A stretch of DNA of 64,000 nucleotides from Octopus vulgaris (lineage: Eukaryota): positions 48,670,001-48,734,000 of the forward strand of contig OX597820.1 in NCBI GenBank assembly GCA_951406725.2, read 5' to 3'. The notes beneath the pieces were generated by a model that did not search any database, was not told the origin of the DNA, and was given only the letters and a program-made list of their open reading frames with translations. The translations under genes and the position numbers were made by a program. Below, in pieces: positions 13,084 to 25,689 of the stretch (position 1 is the stretch's first letter; each line of letters opens with the position of its first letter).

Positions 13084-13560
13084 GATTGTTCGAGTTCTTG
13101 ATTTAGAAGATTGTTCGAGTTCTGTAACCTTAATACTGCCGAATTCAATAAGTTCTTTTCGACATTTTTCAAGAGAAGATTCTATAGGAAATGATACTTT
13201 TGAAAGTCATTAGCAAGATCTGTAACCTTAATACTGCCGAATTCAATAAGTTCTTTTCGACATTTTTCAAGAGCGGATTATGTTGTGAGATCTTGTTTCT
13301 AATGTATTTGAATAAATGTCCTTTCTTTTTGTCTTTAGTTCGGCAACGCATACTGTCTCATCTTCCTGATCAGGCTGTCATTTTTACGAAGTTATTTTTC
13401 TAGGTAGAAAACCTTTTAGGAGATTGTATTCTTCTTGAGTGATATATTGTTTTTCTATGATGGTTTCATATGTATGTGTTACATCTTCAACAAGAGGGAA
13501 CAAATACTGGACTTGCTGATTTGGTGCATACGCACGAGAAAACTTCCCACAAATATCCAT
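13084..13560 (-). mobile_element. Probable inverted PLE thumb/linker relic with local ~55-bp duplication
   Basis: Minus strand IRNKISQHN resembles the PLE linker motif I..HN; TCTGTAACCTTAATACTGCCGAATTCAATAAGTTCTTTTCGACATTTTTCAAGAG at ~13121 and ~13220. Confidence 0.4.
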
Positions 13561-13605
13561 CAATTAATTGTATACGTGTGCATTGTTAACAGTGTTCTAT
13601 TTTTC

Positions 13606-13807
13606 TGAGCTGGCAGAACTATTAGCATGTCGGGCAAAATGCTTAGGAGTATTTCAACCGTCTTTACTCACTGAGTTCAAATTCCGCTGTGGTCCACTTT
13701 GCCTTTCATCCTTTCGGGGTCGAAAACATAATTACCAGTCAAGCACTGGGGTCGATGTAATCGACTTACCTCCTCCCACATAATTTCAGGACTAGTGCCT
13801 ATAAAAG
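13606..13807 (+). mobile_element. SINE family A monomer
   Basis: Colinear with 5720-5937. Confidence 0.88.
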
Positions 13808-13917
13808 TTGCAGGACATGTCATATATTTTTTAAATAGAGATATGTCTTAGTATTAAGTTAGGATCATAGTTCTATGGCGAGAAACGGAAGAAAATAATA
13901 GTAATAATAAAAATAAA

Positions 13918-14003
<86 letters not shown>
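13918..14003. repeat. (AAT)n microsatellite
   Basis: Direct reading. Confidence 0.98.
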
Positions 14004-14004
<1 letters not shown>

Positions 14005-14097
14005 CGTTCAAGTTACCACTCAGTTATAACGATCGAAGAATCACGTCATTGAGAAGCTGTCCTTTGCAGCACACATCTCTGGTTGTGCCTATGGTTA

Positions 14098-14128
<31 letters not shown>

Positions 14129-14379
14129 CACCGGCATTTCTTTCCTAGAAACTCTATGTCTATATTGATTACGCTACTGTTAATTTATTGTATTAGCTTG
14201 ACATAAAAGCTAGAGGGACAAGCAAGAATGTCTTGAGTTTAATAAGTTAGGGCTGTTTAGCTCCTGAGTTCAGATAACGACGAAGTCAATTTTGCCTAAT
14301 CCATTTAAGTAGATGATTCACTATACTCAACAACACGCATCATTCGAATTTGTAACCTTGTCCCTCTGTTAGCATTTAA

Positions 14380-14392
14380 TATGATGATGATA

Positions 14393-14472
<80 letters not shown>

Positions 14473-14473
14473 G

Positions 14474-14559
<86 letters not shown>

Positions 14560-14566
14560 CATCATC
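14380..14566. repeat. Compound (GAT)n(ATT)n microsatellite
   Basis: Direct reading; explains poly-M/poly-I ORFs. Confidence 0.98.
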
Positions 14567-14947
14567 AAGGTGGTGAGTGATGAAATAAGTGCGCTAGATG
14601 TCTCCCCAAAGATTGTGACCTCGTGCCATATTTAGAAATCATTATGATTATTAGAACGAATAGCTAATTAATTCTTACTTGTAATAGCATTATCGATTGG
14701 ATAAATATTCCATCAGATAAGGAAAGAACATCTCAGAAGTCTGAATAATTTATGGTACTGCAAAGATGTACAAGTTGTTCATCAGACTGAAGTAGACATT
14801 TGAAGTAGAATGTTCAGGAAATCAGGAAATACAAAACGAAAACGATCAGAAATAAAATGAAAATGCAAAATGATTCAGGAAAGAATTAAATAAATATAAT
14901 TATAATGTATGTATGTATGTTTGTATGTGTGTATGTTTGTATGTATG

Positions 14948-14979
<32 letters not shown>

Positions 14980-15180
14980 TGTTTGTATGTATGTATGTAT
15001 GCATGCATGTATGTATATGTATGTATATGTGTCTGTACATATTTCTACATTGACATATCTATATTTATGTCTACCTATATGCATATGTAAACACGCATGC
15101 ATACACGCACACATACACACACATATGTATATCTATACATACATAAGCGTATATGTATTAATGTACGTGTATATATATAC

Positions 15181-15214
<34 letters not shown>

Positions 15215-15357
15215 ATATATACACATATATATGTGTGTGTGTGTATGTATATATATGTGTGTGTATATGTATATATGTATATATATATATATCTTAATTA
15301 GTAATGTGCGTATGTATATATATGTATATATACATATATAGATAGACAGATATTACA

Positions 15358-15619
15358 ATTAATAAGTGGAATGACCACTAAAGTGGATTCCTATACGCTA
15401 GACATAGACGTCAAATCGCCTTACTACAAAGAGTGTGTTCTCAAGAACACACTGTAAACTTTCATTCGCCTTTGTAACTTTTCAGTTACCTTGCTTATTT
15501 TTTTCATCTTTGCGTTTGCTGTTTTTTTCTTCTTGAGAACACACTCTTTGCGGTAAGGTAATTTGACGTCTATCTCTAGAGAATAGGAATCCACTTTAGT
15601 GGTCATTCCCCTTATTAAT
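15358..15619. mobile_element. Foldback/MITE-like element with 90-bp inverted arms
   Basis: 15358-15447 vs reverse complement of 15530-15619: 8 mismatches in 90 bp, 82-bp spacer. Confidence 0.85.
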
Positions 15620-16031
15620 CTCTCTCTATAAAACTGAAATGCGTTTTTACCGCTTGGATCGCTTTCAATGCCACTACATCCCCTCCGATTCGCTCCAAAA
15701 TTTACAGGGACATGTAGAATGAGGTGACGATGCCCGTGGGCTAATTTAAAAATCCCTATCTTAAAAGGTGTGGTTGCCAGGGGTCATCTTCCTCACTCAC
15801 GCTATTTCCTCCATTACCCTCTCACTCCCCTTCATATATAACTTTGACAAGTCACCTACCATTATTTAATGTAACTGTCTTCCTAAAATCAATCTCGCTA
15901 TTTCCTCTCTTTTTCACTCACTCTGTTTCCTACCTTCCCATCACATCGGCGTTCTTTTATGTATCTGTCTGTCACCAACAACACACGAGCATGAGAACAA
16001 ATATTATGAATCAGATATTCTTGCGTTCATT

Positions 16032-16064
<33 letters not shown>

Positions 16065-16374
16065 TCTATATATAAATCATCATCATCGTTTAACGTCCGT
16101 TTTCCACGCTGTGTCTATATATAAATATGTATATATAATGTATGTGTGTGTGTGTGTTCTATATATAAATATGTATATATAATGTATATATACAAAGTGT
16201 ATATATCTGTATTTATGTATATTAAGCCTTTTCATACTTTTTCATAGTTATATATATTTTTAAACAAATTATAAATATAATTTAATAATTTTTATTTTCA
16301 ATTTAAATAATTTAAATTTTTCAATTTTATATTTTATATATTTTCTATATTATAATTTTTTTATGTTTTTGTTT

Positions 16375-16430
16375 TTGGTTTTTCACTGTGTGATTTGCCT
16401 ATTAGTGGTTTTATCTCTAATTTAATTCAT
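16375..16430 (-). repeat. AT-rich dispersed repeat shared with the window end
   Basis: Reverse complement AAATTAGAGATAAAACCACTAATAGGCAAATCACACAGTGAAAAAC matches ~63943-63989. Confidence 0.8.
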
Positions 16431-16473
16431 ACGGATATATATCTCATTTGTATACATTTGTATATATAATGCG

Positions 16474-16521
<48 letters not shown>

Positions 16522-17338
16522 AAATGTGTGCATTACGTAGTCGGTCGATTCAGTTGAAAATATGCACACCTATGTTAAAAGTGCTGGCAAGTTTGCATGA
16601 CAACTATTTTTTTCCTCAAATGAAAGGCGTCACCTCTAGGACAAAATTCCTCATCTTATAAAATGTGGCCCCAGTAGACCCGAATGAAATCGGGTTATGT
16701 TAACCAAAATGTGAAAAGGGGTCTAAATGGGGCTGGAAGGGGATTAAAATTTCAAGGAGCGGCTGTTTAGGAATTCTCTGTTACATCAAGCTAAAAAAAT
16801 TGCGCCAGCCTTTTAATCGTCAATGTGTTGCCGTCCATGATAAAGAAGTTTTGAATGCTTGGCATGGTGAGTCTATTGTCGTGAGAAAGAATCACTTCAA
16901 AACTTGGTGTTTACGAATTTTCTTTTACATCAAGTTCAAAATTTTACGCCAGCCGTTAAACTGTCAATACGTTGCTGTCCGTCGTTAAGAAATGCCAGCC
17001 ATGGTGACTCTACTATCCTCAGATTCTATCCCTTCAAACTTTGGTTTCCAATATTTTATTATTTTTATTCAGCTCGCAAATTCGTCTGTCCCTTTTAAAT
17101 GTTAGCGTTTTGCTGTCTGCCTTGAAGCAGACCTTTCCGTTGCCACTGCCTGATATTTATGATTGATCTTTCTAAATATTTTATTTCTCAACTTACTCAA
17201 GATCTTCTGTTGTTTATAAATGGGAGAGATAGATAGATAAATATAGAGAGTAAGAGAAAGCGAGGGAGAGTCCGAGAGAAAAGAAAAGTAAGAGAGTGGG
17301 AAAGTGAGAGAGAAAGGAGAGCGAAACAAAGAGGGAGA

Positions 17339-17652
17339 ATCATCATCATCATCATCATCGTTTAACGTCCGTTTTCCTTGCTAGCACGGGTTGGACAGTG
17401 TGACCGGGGTCTGGGAAGCCAGGAGGCTGCACCAGGCTCGAGTCTGATCTGGCAGTGTTTCTACAGGTGGATAACCTTCCTAACGCCAACCACTCTGTGA
17501 GTGTAGTGGGTGTTTTTTTCGTGCTGCCGGCACAGGTGCCAGGGGGGCTCGCAGCGGCAACGATCGGTTGGTACTTTTTACGTGCCACCGACACAGAAGC
17601 AAGTCAAGGCGGCGCTGCAATCGGCCACGTTCGGATGGTGCTTTTTACGTGC
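17339..17652 (-). mobile_element. SINE-like element with RTE-type 3' tail (family D)
   Basis: Minus strand ends CAACCCGTGCTAGCAAGGAAAACGGACGTTAAACGATGATGATG; internal TTTTTACGTGC repeats; same tail fragment at 16078-16110. Confidence 0.75.
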
Positions 17653-17832
17653 TGAAAGGAAGCAACAGAAAGTAACAACCACACTCTTACCCGCGCGTAG
17701 AGCGGGTCACCTTCAGCTAGTTGTAATATAATTTTCAAATCTTCGTATTTATTTTTAATTATAATAAGAGATATGCTAGACCACTGGTTTAAATTGATGT
17801 TAATGGATTGATATCAATTTCTACCCTCATTA

Positions 17833-17972
<140 letters not shown>

Positions 17973-18879
17973 CATAAATTTCCTCCTTGCCCACGTATTC
18001 GAATATACTAAATACGATTGTACATACAAATATTGAATTCAAAATTTGATGTCTTGCTCACATATTATCTTCAAGAAGTATATTCTTGCAAGATTACCTC
18101 CACAGTGAATGATATTTTATTTTTGGGCTATGAATGACGTCAGCAGATAGTAGGGCGCATGCGTTCCAATATGTCCAGTCTTTGTGCACATCAGCAAATG
18201 CACTATTGACTATTATTATATATGAGAATATTCGTTATTATAAACCCGATTCAACGACTCATTTGATTTCCGGATCTGATGTGTGATGACAAGGCAGAAA
18301 CACCTGAATCCTACGATATGACGATGCCGTTCATGGCCAAATTATATGCTTTCACACGTCGTTTATGGGGGGAATTTTCTTCCGAGACGTTTTCCACAAG
18401 GAAAGACCTTCCTATATCCAAGTGTACTCCAAGTCAAAGAAAATTGTATACATACACACATATTCTCTCTTTCACACACATACACACACACAAGCAAACA
18501 CACTTATTTATCATGCGCTCAAATAAATTCGTTATGAACTCTGTAGTTTATTGTTCTGACGTCATCTACTAAGAAGATCAAAAGACTATCTTTGTGATGT
18601 GAAAGCCCAACACGATGTCAACTCACGATTCAGCAAATTACGTTGCTGTTACGTCGCAAGTGTTTTCAAGGAATATATGAAAATTTTAATATTCAGATAT
18701 GCAGCAATAAATCTCCAAACTATTGTATATTACGAAAGTATAATATTCAGAGATATGCAGCGAGATAAAGAAGCATCCAAAGGGTAGTATAAAATACAGG
18801 TTTCTATCTTTAATACAAGTTTGTACATAGTCGCAGAGTGTCTATCACTTTGCTATTATTTAGGTGAGCTGGCAGGAAA

Positions 18880-19752
18880 GGCGGCCAGCCCGCAGAATCA
18901 TAAACACGCCGGGCGAAATGCTTAGCGGTATTTCGTCTGCCGCTACGTTCTGAGTTCAAATTCCGCCGAGGTCGAATTTGCCTTTCATCCATTCGGGGTC
19001 GATTAAATAAGTACCAGTTACACACTGGGGTCGATATAATCGACTTAATCCGTTTGTCTGTCCTTGTTTGTCCTCTCTCTGTGTTTAGCCCCTTGTGGGT
19101 AATCTTCTAAGACCCCCTTCGGTCATGACTGATCATGAGCTTGCACATAGAAAGCTACTCTCCCAGGTATAAGTCAGAACAAGGTTGTTTATGGAAGACC
19201 AGCAGTCGCCCATGCATACCGGCCTCCCCTCTCTACGCCACCAGTGTTATCCAAGGGAGAGGCAAAGGCCGATACAGCTTGGCACCTGTGACGTCGCAAC
19301 TCATTTCTACAGCTGAGTGAACTGGAGCAGCCCGGTCCAGGATTCGAACTCACAACCTCATGATCGTAAGCTCGACGCTCTAACCACTGAGCCATGTGCT
19401 TTGTGGGTAATAAAGAAACGTTCTGAGTTCAAATTCTGCCAAGGTCAACTTTGCCTTTCATCCATTCGGGGTCGATTAAATAAGTACCAGTTACGCACTG
19501 GGGTCGATATAATCGACTTAATCCGTTTGTCTGTCCTTGTTTGTCCTCTCTGTGTTTAGCCCCTTGTAGGTAGTAAAGAAATAGGTATTTCGTTTGCTGC
19601 TACGTTCTGAGATGAAATACTTTCAAGATCCAGTTTGCCTTCCATCTTTCTGGGGATCGATAAATTAAGTACCAGCTGAATACTGGGATCGGTGTAATCG
19701 ACTATCCCCCCCCCCCCAAATTTCATGCCTTGTGCCTTCAGTATAAAGGATT
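18880..19752 (+). mobile_element. SINE family A concatemer (three modules) hosting a nested family C SINE
   Basis: CGTTCTGAG module starts at ~18946, ~19419 and ~19603; same linker as 8520-9100. Confidence 0.9.
19104..19400 (-). mobile_element. tRNA-derived SINE family C with 11-bp TSD
   Basis: Head CATGGCTCAGTGGTTAGAGC...GAGTTCGAATCC; TSD TTGTGGGTAAT at 19093-19103 and 19401-19411. Confidence 0.92.
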
Positions 19753-20990
19753 ATCTATTTTATATATAGTATGAGAAGGAAAGATACATTCTACTCCGAG
19801 AGATGTATTCCAAGATTAAAGTGTCGTAAGTAAATAACATCAACGTTTATATCAGCTGCTGTGCCTACTCGACACTCAGCACAGTTGATTATTAATAGTA
19901 GATGTAAATACATTTAAACATATTTTATGTGTCTCACGGGAAATTTTTGTTAAGAATCTCAACCTTTTCAGAAGACGGTTATGTAATTTTATCATAAAAT
20001 ATTGCACTATATATTCATCATTAGAGAGCGGGAAGCAGAAATGTTATCGATTCCAAGGTGTTTCCTATTTAGTTTTGTCTTCTTCTAAGTATGATCAATT
20101 ATTCCATGCTTACATAAAGGTACAGAAGTCATTTTGCTCATCCAGGAAATACACATACATAAACTCACACTCATGTGCGCACACACAAACATACACACTC
20201 ACAGACGCGCGCACACATACACACAAACACATACATACACTCACATACACAAACACACACCCTCATCTATATACACAAAAGTCTTCCACACATTATTAGT
20301 CGAGGAATTTTCAGTCAAATCTCATTAGTCAATCTCAAGTGAAATTAGAAGTTACTTCCTACTGTGCGATACCGGCGGATCAAACCGGATCCACGTGGTT
20401 CAGAAGTGAAATTCTTAATCATACATACATGCCTATGTGTTTGTATATCTATCTATCTATTTATCTAACTGTCTGTCTATATATGTATGCGTGTGTGTGT
20501 TTGTGTGTGTACACATGTATGCGTAGACGTACACAACCACACAAAATATATAAGAAATACACATCTAAGCCCAGTTCCTGATATAAGCTTTAATATGGCT
20601 TTAAATCTTTTCCTTCTTCCACTCACGAATTCCTTATCTGCAAACTTTCGCTAACACTAAATAACATCAACTCTTCTCTCTCCTGTCAGATGTTCTCCCG
20701 ATAACGTCATCATTGACGCAAGCATTTGACACACACAAATACACACATAGATACACACTACAAGTATACATACACACACTCTCACAAACACACACTAATA
20801 TACACACACTCTGTGTTATCTATCAGTCACAATGACGATAAAACAGAAAGAGGTGTAAATAGAAAGATTTAGATAACAAAAATATATTTTAACTAAAAAT
20901 CTAAAAAGGCCAAGAAATAAATAGTTGCAACAATAATAAATTTCTTTTCCTTGCTTCTGTTTATTTAAAGTTTCCTTAATCACTCTGTCA

Positions 20991-21122
20991 GTCAAGATGT
21001 TTACAACTTGTGTGTTTACATTGAAATTTATATATTACATGGGTTGTCTGAAGTACGTTCTGTGGTTTTGCAACTTCTAGGTATAATGTTGGTGGAAATT
21101 TTTTTCTAAATTTCATTCGGGT

Positions 21123-21156
<34 letters not shown>

Positions 21157-21400
21157 TAGTTTATAAGTAAGAGTTTGTGGTTATTGGTGATACGCATCGC
21201 ATCTTGTTTATTTTTATTTTAAATGATGTTTTCGTTCATTTTATAACCGGGTGTAGTATAATATATGTGAGTGGTATATTCTTACTTGGTGCTGCATCAG
21301 TTATAACGGTGTGTAAGAAGTTACCCCGTTTAATCTACAGTTTGATGTACTTATCAATTCGAGGTCACGGTGTTAATGTTGGTTAACCCGTAAGATGTAC
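20991..21400 (-). mobile_element. PLE linker/GIY-YIG start relic (Naiad-like)
   Basis: PGYKMNENII, RCVSP, LQTTHVIYKFQCKHTSC, interrupted by (TA)n; clade from motif recall. Confidence 0.55.
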
Positions 21401-21449
21401 TTCTTTTTAAATTTCTAGTCGTCCTGTGTCTGTGTCTAAAGTGCATCCA

Positions 21450-22750
21450 GTCGTTAGACCTTGCTTCGGGTGTTCCACGGATTTGAGGAGTGTGGAACAT
21501 GGAAGTGAATCATAGTAATACAAATCCAGAGAAACTTCTTACACTGGGAAAGAAATGTACAGTTTTTGGCCAAGTTTTTATAGCAAAGATGTTGGTAAAA
21601 ATGTTGCCAACTTAGCCAGTTTCTGGTAAAATTTCTAGGAATTTTCCGAAGATTGCGTGATATATCCGCCTGGCATACCGATTGCGGAGCACTGTCGTAA
21701 CTGACATGAATAAAACAAGCCTGAACTCACATACAGGCAGTGGTGAGTTCAGACATGAATATGTAATAATCTACGAGATAATGTCATTGCTGGAAAAGTA
21801 GTTCACTAGTTATATAAGACATTTTAAGGTATATTAATCAAATTCTTACAACTGATGGCACTCATCCGTAAACGTCAATAATTCTCATTCATATACCACG
21901 CAGAAATATCCTTCGGGAGGTCACTGACGTATTCAAGCAGACGTATTCAAGTTATACTCATTCATTGGAATTGCTAATCTCAAGCGCTACACGGTTATTA
22001 GCTAAACTATTAAAGTAATCTCTAAGTTCGATGATGTCAAAACACTTCAATAAGTTTCTAGGGTAATATACCAGTGGGCCTATGAAATCATTATGTAATT
22101 CAATACTAACAAGTTTTAAAGACTCATTTACAATCTCTCTCAGCAGACCACATGGAAAGGCACAGCTATGAAGCAATACAATCCAATAACCAGAATCATC
22201 TTGCGACCCGGGAATTAAAATTATTAATGACGCAGCGTTTATAAACACAATAGTCAGATGGGTAGAAGACTAAAAGTATGGAGAACACTTTGGACAACAA
22301 AATTAAGGAACATATTGTCATTTGGAAAACGATCTTTGTAAATCATGTTCCCAGCTCAAAGTGTCAAGATTATTGTCGGTAATTCAACAGTGCTGTAAAA
22401 GAATATGGTCCATGCAACAGCTTAATCACTCCCTAGATTTAAGGAGACACTCCTGATATATATTAGTGCATATACCAATTATGTGCATCAGTAATCTATC
22501 TCAGGAAAATATTAGAAGTTACACGAAAGCTATGTAAATCCAGTATTGGGGTGTGTTGCATGCTGCCAAACTTTACATAGTTTCTGGATGGAGTTAGCAC
22601 TGAATTGGTTGCCAATCAATATATATTCGCAAAACGTACTAGGATCGCGCACATCTGTCCATAAAAACAAAAGTAAATAACATTTTAGGTTCATGTGAAT
22701 CTAGTATCAGGAAACTCACTCTTCAAGAAACATCATTCGTAGAATAACAA
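21450..22750 (+). mobile_element. Possible highly decayed Ty3/Gypsy pol relic
   Basis: Weak ordered resemblance only: EVTDV (RNase H TDAS), HFNKFL, and an integrase-like GP.(R)L segment near 22408; no LTRs seen. Confidence 0.3.
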
Positions 22751-23077
22751 TGTTAGTTTGGGCATAAAATACTGAGTGTAATAAGCAAGTGGAAATAAAC
22801 AAAAAGGAGAACGAATATATAAATGTTGTGGATTTGTATGGATGTGTGTGTGTGTGTCTGTGTAGCCAAGTGTGACTCGGTGTCAGCAAGACGCATCATT
22901 TAGCTATTGGTGTTAGGTGACCTAATGATATAGACACATATATAGATATATAGAGACACACATGTATATCTCTCAAAATATCTTTCAATTTCAGTCTTTC
23001 TGTGTGTACACACGCACACATAGGTAAATATATATATATATATATATAATATATATACATATATATATATATGTATG

Positions 23078-23108
<31 letters not shown>

Positions 23109-23162
23109 GTATGTATGTATATATATATATACATATATATAATATACATACATATATATATG

Positions 23163-23211
<49 letters not shown>

Positions 23212-24117
23212 TGAGAGAGGGAAATTTATGCGAGTGTGCGTGTGGGTGGGTGGGTGGGTGTGAACGTTTACCGACGTTTTATCAAGTTCACTTTATCCGC
23301 ATTTGACAGCCATTGCCCCGCCCCTATCTCAACGATCACAATATCATACGTGATGAAAGATTTATCGTCTGACCTCTCACATTTGATGAAAGTTGTCTGA
23401 TTTGAAAGTAGGTTCTTGTCCGTTATCTGATTTTATTCCTCCGCTTATCACTCATTTCACTTCTCATATGATGTCTGTTCTCATTCTGTCACACTCACAT
23501 TTAACCACATGCGCTCATATATTTAGTCTAATTCAATTTAAAATTTACAGATAAGTCAATCTTTTGAGGGCTGCGCTCGATCTTATTGCATTCGCATGTA
23601 GAACCATCACGCAAATTTGAAACTGAATCTCATCTATGAAATATCTTGCGCTAGGATACGTAAAACGTATTCATTTACAATTTATTTCATTTGGTACTTT
23701 TGTGGTTATAATTCTTGTAGTTATAGACTCGTAAATATTTTTCTATTGAGAAAAACACACTAATAAATATGGGAAAAAACCCAATTGAATAGAAATGGTT
23801 TCCGCGGAACATTATTAGAAGCATATTAACAGGGGAGCGGTATGACAGAACGTCGCGTAGCTGCCACCATTTACGGTACCAAGATATAACAGCCACAATG
23901 TCAATTGAGGTTTCATTGTTATCGGATATTGTTACGTACAATAATGCACAATTCAGGTACGGCCATCCATTTCATTCGATAATCACTTTGTCAAATTTGT
24001 GGTCCTTTGCCAAATACTGGGACAATGGTGTGCACCTAGGGCAGGAAGTATTACAGAAGCTTCTGTTAACAATTTGAGACCATATGAGAAAATGAAGTGA
24101 ATAAATATCAGGTTTAA

Positions 24118-24216
24118 ACGCAAAAATAAGTACCGGAGTCGATCCGGTCGACTAAAATTCTTCCAAGCAGTGCCCGAGCATGGCCACAATCTAATGACTG
24201 AAAGTATCAAAAGAAT
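24118..24216 (+). mobile_element. SINE family B 3' tail fragment
   Basis: CAGTGCCCGAGCATGGCCACAATCTAATGACTGAAAG; similar fragments at 10705-10760, 34075-34205 and 38015-38160. Confidence 0.75.
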
Positions 24217-24235
24217 ACACACACACACACATATA

Positions 24236-24302
<67 letters not shown>

Positions 24303-24373
24303 ATATAAATACATACATACATACACACACACACATATATATATACATATATATAGCGTCGTACGTACACTTT

Positions 24374-24430
<57 letters not shown>

Positions 24431-24434
<4 letters not shown>

Positions 24435-24637
24435 GGAGAAAAAACAAGAAAAAAAAAACAAAAACGCATGGACGTAGCACATGCAAAGTATTAATAAGAC
24501 GCTTAGAGAGGAAAGGAAGGAAAGGGTATTTTATGTTTCTTCAGAAACGGGAGACACAGGAAAGTCCAAAGAAAACGGAAAATAGATAGACGGAGGGAAA
24601 AAATCGCCAACAATCCACATGTTGTAACACTTTGGAA
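24431..24637 (-). mobile_element. Family P pseudo-LTR copy with hammerhead core deleted
   Basis: Colinear with 3444-3656 but lacks the GAGC/GCTC stem; flanked by (TA)n and (TG)/(TA)n. Confidence 0.65.
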
Positions 24638-24774
<137 letters not shown>

Positions 24775-25689
24775 AAGTGCTGTTTAATTGACAGACTAAT
24801 CTCAGAACGTTCCTTGGTAGTTCAAATCTTCAACTCCATGAGAAAACAAAATCGGAGTCAATAGATGTACACGATAGGTTTCTATATATGGTTTGGATTA
24901 AGAAAGTTATGACCATAGATCAATGCAAATTCAGAGGAACAAGCAAATGATTTTAATGTATTTATGTACGATAAGTTGTATCCTGTTGCTAGATATTCAA
25001 TTTCACGTTGTTCTATTTCATTCAGCCATATACATACTGTGATCTCAGACACTTACATGTCATAGAAATTAAGTAACTGGCCCTATGAAGCCTAGGACAC
25101 GAGAAAGCGTTCACCAGAAATTGATGATGGTATAATATTGGTAAGGAAGTATGGGTCACGAAAATATTAAGGAGAACAAATTAAATTTCACATTCAGCAT
25201 TTTTAAGCTTTCGACCTATACAATAAATGGTTACACGTTATATTAGTATTTGCTATAAATCTATAAAATTTAATTAACTATTGTTTTCATTTTCTTTTCA
25301 TATGTCACTATTTTATCATTTTTAGCATTAATGTAGTTCTGCATATATAAAACTACGAAATTCAATTTATATTAGACAAAGAGAGAGAAAATTGCACGAA
25401 TGGCAGTTTCATTAATATGTATAATCATATTTTTCCTTTTTTTTAGTCTGTAATTCTTTAAAGTATCTCAGACATTCGGCTGCCACTATTCTCTGGCACC
25501 ACCTATAAAGGTTAAGTGGAACAGATCGATTCCAGTACATACCTTTGAATACGAATTCACTCTTTTTTTTGCTGAACTGCGCTACTTACGTGTCAATCAT
25601 TATGCAGACAAATACAAGCGCGCATGCACACACACATATACATACTTGCATATGAAAGCCGAGAAAACAATAGTAAAAGCCGGAGAGAC

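Larger units (their letters stand above)
15619..17720 (+). mobile_element. Non-autonomous Helitron interrupted by microsatellites and other repeats
   Basis: A|TC start (TCTCTCTCTATAAAACTG), 3' hairpin ACCCGC-GCGTAGA-GCGGGT then CTAG|T at 17717-17720; internal diverged ~145-bp tandem duplication (~16781-17050); linking the two ends is inference. Confidence 0.6.

Noticed and set aside
19330-19400. tRNA-like sequences (also ~12360-12433 and 54580-54650)
   Set aside because: A and B boxes present but no proper acceptor stem; each continues into a SINE body, so they are SINE heads.
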